DNA from: Octopus sinensis
Lineage: Eukaryota
DNA length: 39,332 nucleotides
Direction: 5' to 3'
Assembly: GCF_006345805.1 (NCBI RefSeq)
Contig: NW_021835549.1
Coordinates: forward strand, 1 to 39,332
Every line of letters begins with the position of its first letter. Position 1 is the first letter of the stretch. The notes below the pieces were generated by a model. The model did not search any database. It worked only from the letters and a program-made list of their open reading frames with translations, and was not told the DNA's origin. Positions 1 to 12,538 of this stretch are shown in pieces. The position numbers and the translations under genes were made by a program.

Positions 1-272
1 TTATTCACCCGAGGTTAAACACTTTCCTTCTTGTCGTTGCAGCTGAATCCCTCCTTCGCGAAAATGCCACGCTGTTCGGTGATATACGTGGGCGCGCGTA
101 TGTGGGCGCGCGTATGTGGGCGTGTGTGTGTGTGTGGGGGAGGTGGGTGTGGGTGTGTGCATGTGTGTGTGTGTGCGCGTGTGTATGCATGTGTGCATTT
201 GCGCGCGAGAGTGTTTGTGCTTCTATGAATATAATGCGTACATACATGTTACGAACATGCACACACACAGAC

Positions 273-307
<35 letters not shown>

Positions 308-496
308 CATTATATATATGTTTGTGTATTTGAATTGACTATATATATATGTGTGTGTATGTGTGTTTGTGTTTGTGTGTGTGTTAATTTAAATAATAAG
401 GGGGAAAAGAGAATATTAATTTGATTAATATAAATTTAAAAACCAGGGGCCTAGCATATTGAAAACTGTTATATATATATTATATATATACATATA

Positions 497-527
<31 letters not shown>

Positions 528-550
528 GATATAGTGTATGTATATATATA

Positions 551-1841
551 CGAAGGTGTAGAAAATATTTGAGCATCAAAAAACAATACATAATACAAGA
601 CTTCTGATGATTTTATTTTTCAACACAGTCCCCCTCGATGGTTGGACACTTCCTCCAACGGTGCTGAAGCGCCATTATGCCGGCGTAGAAGAACTCTTTT
701 TGGGGGGGACTCCAAGAAACTTCCTACAACTTCTATGACGTCATTGTCACTGGCAAAATGGTGACCAGCCAAGACTTCTTTTTTATTTTGAGGAATCGAT
801 GAAAGTCAGAGGGGACTAGGTCTGGCGAATAAGGCGGATGGGGAACAAGTTCGTATCCACAATCACGAATTGTTGCCATGGCAGCCAGTGAGGTGTGGGT
901 GGGAGCATTGTCGTGATGAAAAAGGACTCCTCTGCTGAGCATTCCCGGCCTTTTTTCTTTGATTGCTTCTCGGAGGCGTTTCAGTAGCTGAGAATAGTAC
1001 AGCCCTGTAACGGTGTGACCCATTTCAAGGCAATCGATCAGCAAGACACTTTGAGAATCCCGAAAAAGTGACGCCATAATCTTGCCAGCTGAAGGAATGA
1101 CACTGGCCTTCTTTGGGGTAGAAGATATGTGCTTCCACTGCTTTGATTGTTCTTTGGTTTCAGGCTGGTAGTGATGAACCCAACTTTCGTCCATAGTAAT
1201 GAAACAAAGCAAGAAAACTCTCTTCATCGGCTTCAAACAGTTCCAGATTGCTCGTGGACAAAGTGCAACTGGTGCGTTTCTGTTCAGGAGTCAAAATGCG
1301 AGGGACCCACCTTGCAGAAACCTTTGAGAACCCAAGTTCTTTTGTCACAATGTTGTCTGTTCTTTCATTTGAGATGCCTAGTCTCTCGGCTATCTGACGA
1401 AATGACATTTGTCGATTTTGCATTATCACACCAAGAGCAAGATCAATATTTTCCTCGGTGGTTGCAGTTGGAGGTCTCCCTAGTGTGGGATCATCTTTTA
1501 CACTCTCCCTGCCACGCTAGAATCCAATTACCCAGCATTTGACTGTTGCATATGAAGGAGCATTGTCTGTTAAGATTCTCACCATATCTTCATGGACTTC
1601 TGATGGAGTCATGCCTTTCAAATGAAGGTACTTTATGACAGCACAATGCTCAGTTTTCTCCATTTTCCTTGTAAACTCGACACTTGTTTATTCAAAATCT
1701 TCAACAAAAAAATTAAAATGTCAGAATCATAAAAATGAGCAAGAATACTCCGAAAAGACTGTATTTAGCAGAAAAAAATTGTTTCAGCTACCTAGCAGCC
1801 TCGTTTCTAGGTTAGGCTCTAAACTTTTCATACATCCCTCG
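551..1841 (-). mobile_element. Full-length decayed mariner (Tc1/mariner, DD34D) DNA transposon, ~1.29 kb
   Basis: Imperfect TIRs: CGAAGGTGTAGAAAATATTTGAGC at 551-574 versus revcomp of 1815-1841 CGAGGGATGTATGAAAAGTTTAGAGCC. Both ends abut (TA)n. Transposase motifs lie inside. Confidence 0.9.
613..1663 (-). pseudogene. Mariner transposase pseudogene (stops and frameshifts)
   Basis: Manual translation from ATG at 1663: MEKTEHCAVIKYLHLKGMTPSEVHEDM...(stop). Then WVPRIL (WVPHEL-like), ITMDESW, HHDNAP and YSPDLVPSDF, with 34 residues between the 2nd and 3rd catalytic Asp. C-terminus ...HRWRKCPTIEGDCVEK* ends at 613. Confidence 0.88.
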
Positions 1842-1916
1842 TGTATATATATATATATATATATCACTTTCTCTCTCTGAACATACATATTTACTTAGAG
1901 AGAGAGTATAAAAAAA

Positions 1917-1922
1917 GATAGA

Positions 1923-1956
<34 letters not shown>

Positions 1957-1967
1957 ATCGGACAGTC

Positions 1968-2005
<38 letters not shown>

Positions 2006-2006
2006 G

Positions 2007-2049
<43 letters not shown>

Positions 2050-2076
2050 GCAGACAGGCAGACAGACAGTCAGATG

Positions 2077-2138
<62 letters not shown>

Positions 2139-2139
2139 T
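1917..2139. repeat. Compound (GATA)n/(GACA)n microsatellite
   Basis: Direct reading; explains the YLSI-repeat ORFs. Confidence 0.97.
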
Positions 2140-3245
2140 AATCCATGCTTTCACAAACGCACACAGAAGCACAAAGCCACACTCTCATTCCACATGATTA
2201 AATGTTTGCATTGCATCTATGTGTTTATTCTTCCTCCAGTCTAAATTCTGGGTTGTATCTCTTGGGTACTTCTATGTCCGTAGTCTGGTTGTTCAACAGA
2301 GGTGAATAAAGTAAACACCAGGTTACACACACACCTACACACACACACAGTATGCCGGCAGACTAATAACTGAAACCAGTAAAAAGAATGGTAAGGTGGA
2401 AGTTTTCCTGTGTCTTCAAAGATTTTCTGATCGAAAGGTTTCAAACTTCGAAGTCACTGCTAATCTTCAAACACTAAATAATCAAATTTACTCAAGGTAC
2501 TCAAATTTACTCAAGAGTTATACTTCATTTTTGTATATGGTAGGCAAGATTCTTTTTGTGAACTCTTGTATTGAAACAAATTTTATTGGGTCTATGGAGA
2601 GTCATTATGACAATATCATTACCACACGCACTGGCTCAATTCTACTCCTTTATAACTAGTTAAACAATCGATTAGTTAATTGGATATTTAACCAACTGAC
2701 TAATAATCAAGGATTAGATTTGAACCAGCGCGTGTGCTAATAATATTAGCATAATGACTTTCCGTAGTTACAGAGTTATGTATTCAGTTAATGGGTGTGT
2801 AATTCAGAAGATGACGTCACGTCCACGTATCTCTAATTCAGTCCTACTATGTGACTACTAAAACTAGCGCCTTCAATTTTAGCTTCGGGGCCTTATGAAT
2901 TAATCGGCGGATGGAGGCTAATCATTTTGATACATATGTGTGTAGGTATACGCGTTTGTATTATGATTCTGTTGCCAATTCTCATTTAGGCAGCTGCCAA
3001 GTCCCTGCAATTGATGTTGGAGTTTACGCGCAAACTTCACCTGAGTTATAACTGGATGTATCTCCTTTCTCGCGTGTTTTGACATCGCATTATCCACAAT
3101 TTATATGTGTATTATATAGGTACGCATATTTCTATTCTGTGTATGTGAATATGTATGTATATATGTGAATATATATGTATATATATGCGTAAATATATAT
3201 ATATATATATAAATGCATTTATATAAGTATATGTGTGTATGTGAA

Positions 3246-3285
<40 letters not shown>

Positions 3286-3287
3286 TA

Positions 3288-3321
<34 letters not shown>

Positions 3322-3349
3322 CATTTATATAAGTATATGTGTGTATGTG

Positions 3350-3387
<38 letters not shown>

Positions 3388-3503
3388 TTTATATAAGCAT
3401 ATGTGTGTATGTGGATATGTATATATATATATATATGCATTTATATAAGTATAGATATATTCATGTATATATATATACATCAACATAGTTGTATATGTAT
3501 TCC

Positions 3504-3545
<42 letters not shown>

Positions 3546-4277
3546 TGTGTGTGTACTATGTATAGATGAATATATAATGAAGACAACTGAGAAGGAAAAA
3601 GCCATTAACCTTTGACCAATTCCCAAACGTTATTGTAAATGTGCGACAACTAGGAATGTAGGAAATAATAAAAATAGATTTATTAATCAGAAGACCGATA
3701 AGTTAGAGGAATGCGTTAGAATCAGAACGATGTGCTGGAGTTTGAGGTGAAAACCAACAAACTGAGATTTTAAAAGTAATAAGCCAGAGAAAAACTTGCT
3801 GTAAACACAAAAAAATAATACTAAATAATACTAAACGAAGGTAATTCCGCAATAATGTGTTGGTCTAATCTGTTTTGTTAATATTGACAATTGAAGATGG
3901 ATACAAATCTGGTGTTCGAAGCCATCTGTGAAAGAAAGTATAAGATGAGTCGCTACGGCAAAGAAGGAGGTGAATAAAGCTATTGTGAGACACGGATATA
4001 TATTTGCATTTGTAAATTACAAATCAAACATACGCACGTGTACATAGCCACATTATATACATGTGTACTGTGTGTGTATAAGTATATATATATATATATA
4101 TATACCATACAGATACGTATAGCAAATCTATGTATATGCATACACAGACGCACACAGACGCTCACATATGTATACATATATATGTGTGTGTGTGTATCAT
4201 GTTATTATATAGATACATACTATTTATGTCTATATATATACACATATATATGTATGTAATTATGTATGTATATATAC

Positions 4278-4327
<50 letters not shown>

Positions 4328-4368
4328 TATATATATATATATATATAATATATATATATATATAATAC

Positions 4369-4400
<32 letters not shown>

Positions 4401-6371
4401 TATATTATATATATATATATATATATATCCTATATATATACGATACGGAGAAGACGGAGTTACTTATGATCACCTGTAGGATATCTGGTGTCTAGAGAAC
4501 TAATAACTGTGTTAAACACTACCATAAAGGTATTGTGTCAGTATTTTGACCGTCTAAATTGCCCGATTTAACTTAAGTAGCTATGATTATGACCAAAGCA
4601 GGGGGTTTGTTAACGGGAATCTTAATCTCCAGAGTAGCATCAATGTATAATATCACACAGACACGCGCAGAAACACACAGGCGCACACACACACACACAT
4701 ACAGACACATACATGCACACACATGTACAAGTACAGTCATGTACACGTACATATATTAGCTATCAGCGACGAAAGCAAACTTTGTAACGAATAGAACATC
4801 CGTTTTAATTTGGATGAGTTGTTGTAAGCGCCCTAATCTGCAGTTGCCATCCTGGGAAATCACCTCGTATAGATGTTAAGAGCTAAAAAGCACAGATCTT
4901 ATAGGTACGCGAAACTTCCCCCTGCATCAGCTGATTTCGACGGAAAAGCCGGACAGTAACTCCGTCAAAGTATTGTAGTCAAACACAGAACACTGATTAA
5001 ACAGTGTGTGCTGTCGTAAAAAGCTGTAGGAATTCTGAATAAAATGGCTAATATTGATTTGCTAGTCCAATTTTACTCGAATGTGTAAACTTAAAATGGA
5101 AGCTGACATTCAACGACTTAATGATGCCTGATGCTGACGAAGCGACTATTACTCTCAATTTCGTCTGCCGATCTAATCTGTGCTATTTAGCAGAAGGCGA
5201 ATATTTTAGCACGAGTCGAATATTACTACAAATTTCATATCCCGATATAAACTATGCGCTCTAGAGATGATTGCTAAGGACAAAGAAATACTGGAGATTA
5301 CTACGTTTAAAACAACATATTCACATGAATTTAGTTTACAAATTAATATCTATCATACAAATGCGAGCGTTTGTGGTTATGTATGTGTTTGACATGGTAA
5401 GGTTTTAAAATGGTGCGTCCTCGAAAAAACAGAAGTTCATTTCGAAATCTTTGTCCCAAAGAGAACATATTTTGTAGGAGCTACATATATTATTTTTTTT
5501 AATATTTTGACAGTTTCATGCGACTTAAAGTTTCACAAGCTCCTTTACAGGAACCTAGCTCGTTCAGGCTTCGTTAACCGAATGGAGCGGTACAGGGAAT
5601 CCAAAAGGGCTATTAGAGATTAGGTTGCTATTGGTCAAGGCGGTTCACATGGTGCTGCTAGAAGTGAGTTAAGCGTTTTAGCGAATGCATTGCAAAGAAA
5701 TCCTTGCACCGCATGGCAGGACAGAAGACTTCCGGCATCTTAGATAGATGAAAGAGCATTTTAAAAAATGAAGGAGCGTGTATTTTTAGATTCTAAAAGA
5801 ACTTTGTTTATGATACTGTTGAAAAATAAAAGAAGTATGGAAAACCGCATTATATAAGGGATGACCTAATATATACATATTAATATATATGTTGTGAGGT
5901 ATATTTTACCTATGTTTGTGGATAGATATCTACAGATATGGGAATAAGTATACCAGCATATACATGCATACATACACACACACACGCACACACACACACA
6001 CACACACGCACACACCCACAAACCACATATATATATATACAATATATATATATATATATATATATACTATATATTATCTATATATGTAATGTAGGATAAA
6101 TTTTTTTTCTTTTTCGAAAAAAATTTTATCAATGGCCAGCATATAAAAAAAATACCTTTAAAGGTTAAATCTATATAATTTATATAATTCGAGTAGCGTG
6201 CGTATTGTGAAAAAAATATATGGTTAATGGGCAATATGTCCAATTTTTCGGCATATTTGGCATTAGAAATTTTTCGTTTGCCCTTATTTATGAATTATAT
6301 ATATATATGAATTAACACAATGAGATAAAAATTCAAGGGTGCGAGAGACTTCAGAACATTATAAATAGAAG

Positions 6372-6418
6372 GTCTTACAGCTGTTTCCGAGATATTTATA
6401 TATCCCTTCATCGGAGAC
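6372..6418 (-). ncRNA. Type I hammerhead-ribozyme-like motif (U4C core), PLE-type
   Basis: Minus strand: GUCU-CCGAUGA-A-GGGAUAU/AUAUCUC-G-GAAA-CAGCUG-UA-AGAC. Stem I GUCU/AGAC, palindromic stem III ACAGCUGU, GUA cleavage triplet. The 10.1-11.1 position is A.G. Confidence 0.65.
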
Positions 6419-6669
6419 GGTGTGAGAAAATGTTAAGCAATAGTTATTCTACATAAGAAATGAAATAGAGAGTGAAGAGGAGGAATGAAAATAGGCGTGA
6501 GATATGCAGGGATAGTGTATCTGTAGTACCATTATTTAGGCAGAATGGTATATATATATAAGATTCCTGTACCTTGTGAGTAAGCTCCAATAGAATTTGA
6601 AATTGGTCATTCCAAGCATAGAATTTGTAACCAAAACTTGTATTACTTATTTACACCATTACCTCTCAT

Positions 6670-6961
6670 AAGCTATATATATATATGCAGTGTACATTTA
6701 AATACATAAGAGGCATCCATCATAGGACTCCTTGCAAGCTAGAGAGGACAGTTAAATTCTAAACCACTCTTAGGGATAAAATTTCGAAGCGAATGAAAAA
6801 TAAAAACATTTAACATCTCCTTTATTTTTCATTCCCTTCGAAATTTTATCCCTAATAGTTGTTTTGAATTTAACTCTCCTCTCTAGCGTGCAAGGAGTCA
6901 TATGATGGATGCCTCTTATGTGCTTAAATGTGCACTGTATTTATATAAATAATATATAGTT
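6670..6961. repeat. Imperfect fold-back palindrome, ~135-bp arms, 16-nt loop (6805-6820)
   Basis: GAGGCATCCATCATAGGACTCCTTGC pairs with GCAAGGAGTCATATGATGGATGCCTC; GGGATAAAATTTCGAAG pairs with CTTCGAAATTTTATCCC. Confidence 0.92.
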
Positions 6962-8462
6962 TATTGACTAAATTTTTTACACGCTAGGCCACTGGTAATG
7001 GTAATATCTAATATTTCAGCTTACCCTTTCATATATATATATATATTATATAATATATATATATATGTAGTGTGTGGGTGGTGTGTGTGTGTGTGTGTGT
7101 GTGTTGTGTGTGTGTGTGTGTGTGTGGTGTGTACATCTATACATATATACATACAATAAACTGAGCTTCGTGTTGAAGATATCTCTTTTGAGGATTCTAT
7201 TTTCTGCTAATAAGTATAAGATAATGAATATATTTTGAGCAAAGAAAGTCGAAGGTTACAAGATCTTACATTTTGCAAATCAGAAAGAACGTTTCTCCTA
7301 CTCATATAACCTCCATAACATGACAAACCTCTTGGATTACATTTCAGACATCATAATCCAGTAGATTCCGGTACAAGCTAGTATATATATTTTGGTTTTA
7401 AAACGATTATCACTATGGCGTCTTTGAAATCCCAAAACAACATATATATCTGAACAAGACATCACACTAGCTCTTCTTTATTTTCGTTGGAAAGTGTAAC
7501 AAAGAGTAAATAATATATTACAAAACAAAAAATTATCTGTTATACTATCAATATCGAAAATAGCAATTCTGCATGGAGTAAGTGTATCTAAGACAAGGCT
7601 AAAAGATAAAATGCAGGAAAACTAGTAAAAGGTGTTAGTTACACAAAGAAATGTGTGTGCAACTCCCAAATGAATCTCACTTGTCGAATATTTCATCTTC
7701 CAACGAACTGAGAATATCTCACAAGAATTCATTGTTATGGAAGTTGCTCTGCCTTTCTTTCCCTCTCTTGCTCTTAATCTATTTGGTCTTCGCCTTCCTC
7801 TTCCCCTTCCACCAATTCATTTCTTTGCATGGACTATATATATATATATAATATATATATATATTTACATGCACACATACATTCACGCATACATATTTAC
7901 ACGTATATATGTATATATTTATATACACAATACATGTATCATATATATATATATATTTATACATACATATATATGTATATATATATTTATACATATATAC
8001 ACAACATATTTTATGTACGCATTATATATATATATATATACATATATACACAACATATTTTATGTACGCAATATATATATATATGTATATATATATATTA
8101 TATGCGTGTATGTACACATACACATATATGAGTTTATTTAGACATCTACACACACAAACGTACACATATATACAACGGTATATACACACGCATACGAACA
8201 CATTTATAATTAGATACAAACATATACATTCATTTATATGTGTGTGTACTTGTGTGTATTCAGCGAGAAAAAGAAATACAGTTAGATATATTGACTTTCA
8301 CATCAATTTGTTTTTATGTATATAGCTATAAATATAGGTAAATATATGTATATATACATACGTGTTTGTGTATGGGTTTACAAATATATATGTATATTCA
8401 TACAATCACACACAGACACATACATACACGCACTCGTATATATGTATATTTATATGTATATT

Positions 8463-8494
<32 letters not shown>

Positions 8495-8826
8495 TGTATG
8501 TATGTATGTATGTATGTATGTATTTATATAAATATCAGGTTTTCACAATAGACGACGAAATCCAACTGAATACGCTCTGAAAATACACAGTTTACCAGAC
8601 ATAAAGCATGAACCTGTCAGGCAAAGTTGGCCAGTTCTGTGTAATTCCTGTCAAACATTTCCCTGGTTTTACAGTTTCTTTTGAGTCCCTCAAAAATAAG
8701 AAACGAAACAAGAATTTTGCATTGTTCCACCTCACGTAGAATCCTGACAAATATCCAGCACCCTTGTTCATTTCTACGACCAGTTTCCCTTCCTGCTGTA
8801 TCCCTGCATATATAGAAACACACACG

Positions 8827-8881
<55 letters not shown>

Positions 8882-8947
8882 CACACATATATAATATGTA
8901 TGTATATATATTTGTGTGTATGTGTATATATATATATATATTAAATA

Positions 8948-8978
<31 letters not shown>

Positions 8979-9742
8979 GCAGATATAAAGATATATATAT
9001 AATATATATATGCACAAATGCATGCATATACTTATGTGTGAATATGTATATACATACGTACGTATATATATGATCAGGTTGATATTTAATAATTGCAATA
9101 TATAATTCAATATCAAGTTGTATGCTTGCGACTCTTTCGGTGATATTATCCGTTAATGACATTGTACCACTCTTCATATCTAACTCCTGCTTGCAAACGG
9201 ATATATGTCGTAAGACTTGCTTTAAATGTGAATGTATATTTCGGTCATTTTAGCATAATCTCTTACTATAAGCGTGTAGCCAGACTAGTAATGTTTGATT
9301 GTATTATTCTGTTTGATCAAATACATACACCCCAGCCATGACCATCCCACTCCTTTTCAGGTACTTAGATACATATTCGCTGACTATTTGGAAACCTTGC
9401 TTTTGCGCATGTTCTATGAACCCCTTCATATCATTCGCTTGTTTGGTTGTTCCCTCAACTGTCCGTTATCTTTCTCGCGGGATCTGTTAACGTTTCCTCA
9501 TTGATTTGAGAGACAACTTAGAGAAATATTGGTGAGCTTGAGTAATTAATTCATGTCCCTATCATTGACTCGAGTAAATACTAAGAATCTTTATCATTGA
9601 TTCCAGTGTCTACATAGGAGCTGCTTCAGTTCATCCAGTGATTTCTTATAGGCTCCCTTATTAAGTCAAGCGACTACTAAGCTCCTTGATTGGCTCTAGT
9701 GACTACTTCACGGGACTCTCATAAGCAATCATTGGTTTGAGT

Positions 9743-9807
<65 letters not shown>

Positions 9808-9808
<1 letters not shown>

Positions 9809-10110
9809 GAGGCGCATTGGCCCAATTGTTAGGGCAGCGGACTCGCGGTCGTAGGATCGCGGTTTCGATTCCCAGAACGGGCGTTGTGAGTGTTTATTGA
9901 GCGAAAACACCTAAAGCTCCACGAGACTCCGGCAGGGGGGGGGGGCGATCCCTGCTGTACTCTTTCGCCACAACTTTCTCTCACTTTTTCTTCTGTTGGC
10001 CTGCTCGCTTAGCCAGCGGGGTGGCGTCATTTGAAGGCTAAAACAATGCGAAGCACATTGTGAACAGCGATGTGTAGCAATATCTGATAGCCTGGTCGGT
10101 CACGGTGATA
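9808..10110 (+). mobile_element. tRNA-derived SINE, family A (copy 1)
   Basis: tRNA-like head with A-box-like TGGCCCAATTG and B-box-like TTCGATTCCC. Colinear with 21728-22036 over the full length. Confidence 0.85.
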
Positions 10111-10254
10111 TATATATACATATATATATATATTAACACATATATACAAACATGATACTTTAGAAAGTTTGAGACGCGAACAGAATAGAAATGTCCCCAA
10201 TATTAAAAATGGAGTGCTAAAGACAGGTTCTTCTAGAAGCTAATTTAACAGTAA

Positions 10255-10537
10255 TCTTTCGAATTCAAGAGACTTTCAACAAACATTTCGGTTTTAATTT
10301 GGAGACTAATAGACGAAGGGACTAGTTTCGACATCAAATGGAAAATTCTATCCATATTCAGACCCTGTATTAACTGGTCCAAAAAGTGTTCAGTGTGTTC
10401 CCTTGAAAAAACTGTATCTCTTAAAAATTTTGGGAAACGCCAACGAATACATAAATTCGAAGAACAAGATTTGTCTGCGTCCGCATTTCGAAAAATTCCC
10501 CCTGGAATTTAAAAGCAGACCACCGGACAATTCGTAA
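10255..10537 (+). pseudogene. C-terminal fragment of a Penelope-like element GIY-YIG endonuclease (frameshifted)
   Basis: SFEFKRLSTNISVLIWRLIDEGTSFDIKWKIL...KKCSVCSLEK, then after a frameshift ANEYINSKNKICLRPHFEKF...*. Matches the remembered PLE pattern S..IW.L....F.I.W.IL...C.LC..EK...N.....C.H. Confidence 0.65.
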
Positions 10538-10692
10538 GCCATAAACATCTGGTTTACATCTGCATGACACCGATCTATTGTAACATTTGTTATCTCCCTT
10601 GTTTTTTCTTTTTCTTTTTGTCTTCTTCTTTACCAGTGTCGCTTGTTTAAACGTTATCTTCTCAATAGACAACTGGCAAACGGTGTTGTTTT

Positions 10693-10749
10693 CAGTTTGA
10701 CAAATGGCAGAATCAATCATAATTTCGACCTGGAAACCCTGGGTAAATG
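10693..10749 (+). ncRNA. Decayed hammerhead-like motif (UUGACAA core) downstream of the GIY-YIG fragment
   Basis: UUGACAA at 10697-10703; GAAA-CC-CUG-GG-UA at 10733-10745; stem I CAGU/AAUG (3 of 4 pairs); stem II poorly paired. Confidence 0.45.
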
Positions 10750-10842
10750 TAGTTAGAGGATATGTGTTTTTTAAATATCATATTTTTCTGTCTTCGTATA
10801 TATATATATATATATATATACATATATATATACATACATATA

Positions 10843-11003
10843 TACGACGGGCTTCTTTTAGATTCCGTCTACCAAATCCACTCACAAGGCTTTGGTCGGC
10901 CCGAGGCTATAGTAGAAGACACTTGCCCAAGGTTCCACGCAGTGGGGCCGAACCATGAACCATGTGGTTGGTAAACAAGCTACTTACCACACAGCCACTC
11001 CTA
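10843..11003 (-). mobile_element. tRNA-derived SINE, family B, 5' half
   Basis: Reverse complement matches 22335-22500 (GGAGTGGCTGTGTGGTAAG...CTTGGGCAAGTGTCTTCTACTATAGCCTCGGGCCGACCAAAGCC). Confidence 0.85.
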
Positions 11004-11009
11004 TATACA

Positions 11010-11060
<51 letters not shown>

Positions 11061-11739
11061 TATTATTATTATCATTATCATTATTATCATATGTGTTGTA
11101 TATAGTGCAGGTCAGTAGGCAAATAACAAGAAACACACATTGATTCAATTTCACTCCTGTATTGTTAGTCAATTGGTTACTTACGTAAGCAAGTAACTAA
11201 TCGATCGTTTGTATAAGTTGTTTGTTAATGTCCTTTGAACGCTATTACGGATCTCATCAATATCAACATATATATATATATAAAGAAGGAGAGAGATAAT
11301 TATTTATATATATGTGCGCGTGCATGTGTGTGTGTGTACCTTTATATAAACAAGCAATTGACCAAACCGTAAATTATAGGTTCCATTAATTAGCCGTTAT
11401 ATGTTTATTCCAGCCACTCCGCAACTATTCATACAGCACCTCTGCATGAATATGGAAGATAGTTTTCAATGCTCAATATATGAAGCTGAAAAAAAAAGCT
11501 CGAAAAAATTTTGCAGTTGGGATAATTGAGCATTATTTATTGTGTATGTGTAAATTATTTTTCGAGGTACGATGGATAACTGTTAACATGTTTCCGTTTT
11601 ATTATAGATTCATTAATAAATGATTGGTTTCAACATGTAAGAAAGCATTTTGGTTGAAGAAGTGAAATAAAATACAGGTATTGTTTAGTGATTGAATTAC
11701 GCAGTGAATTACACATCTGAGTGAGTAAAGCGCTCTAAA

Positions 11740-12096
11740 GATGATGATGTTAATGAGGAGGAGGGGGATGATGATGACGATGATGATGATGATGATGGTA
11801 ATGATGAGAGTGGTGATGCTGGTGGTGGTAATGTTGGAGATGATGGTGGTGGTGGTGAGTGATGGTAGTATTAGTGGACGATGATGACACTAATGATGAT
11901 GATGATAATGATGATGATAATGATGAAAAAGAAGACGGAAAAAAGAAAAAGAAGGAGAAGACGGAGATGAGGATGAAGAAGAAGAAGAAAAAGAAAACGG
12001 AAAAAAGAAGAAGAAGAAGAAGAAGAAGAAGAAGAGAAGAAGAAGAAGAAGAAGAAGAAGAAGAAGAAGAAGAAGAAGAAGGAGAAGAAGAAGAAT
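11740..12096. repeat. Compound trinucleotide tract (GAT/GGT/GAA)n
   Basis: Direct reading; source of poly-D/E/R/S/H ORFs. Confidence 0.95.
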
Positions 12097-12134
12097 ACAA
12101 CAGTGAAAATAATAATGTTTTGTACTATAGGTAA

Positions 12135-12320
12135 AAGGCCTGAAATTAGAGTGTAGGAGACGAGTCGATTATATCGACCCCAGTGCTCAGCTGGTACTTA
12201 TTTGTAAAGGATGAAACGCCAAGTCGATCCACGGTGGAATTTGAACTCAGAACGTAAAGATGAGCGTAATACAGCCAAGCACGTCCTCCGGCGTGCTAAT
12301 GATTCTGCCAGCTCACCACC
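12135..12320 (-). mobile_element. tRNA-derived SINE, family C
   Basis: Minus strand: head GGTGGTGAGCTGGCAGAATC, B-box GTTCAAATTCC, central TTCATCCTT..CAAATAAGTACCAG...GGGGTCGATATAATCGAC. The central block resembles the conserved Meta/MESC/Nin-type SINE domain (recalled, unverified). Confidence 0.82.
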
Positions 12321-12355
12321 TTAGCATTAACAGTAATAATGATTTCAATTTTTTT

Positions 12356-12538
12356 GCACAAGGCCTTCAATTTCGGGAATGGCGCGAGCAAACTATATCG
12401 ACACTAGTGCTCAAATGGTCCTTATTTTATCGATTCCAATTGATGAACGACAAAGTCAAACTTGGCGGGATTTGAACGCCGAAAGAAATACCGCCAAGTG
12501 ATTCGTCGAGCATGCTAAGGATCCTACCAGCTCGTCGC
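12356..12538 (-). mobile_element. tRNA-derived SINE, family C (diverged tandem neighbour)
   Basis: GACAAAGTCAAACTTGGCGGGATTTGAAC and GCACAAGGCC tail, as in the other family C copies. Confidence 0.72.

Noticed and set aside
2812-2819. TGACGTCA CRE-like site
   Set aside because: A single 8-mer with no promoter context; compatible with chance.
6095-6140. UUGAUAA...GAAA on the minus strand
   Set aside because: Stems II and III are not formable in this copy; too degenerate to call.
9361-9530. Strong acceptor (CTCCTTTTCAG) and donor (GTGAGC) pair
   Set aside because: All three frames contain stops and there is no homology; no support as a coding exon.
9808-9880. SINE heads as genuine tRNA genes (also 21728, 22335, 26977)
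   Set aside because: The cloverleaves are incomplete and continue into shared repeat bodies.
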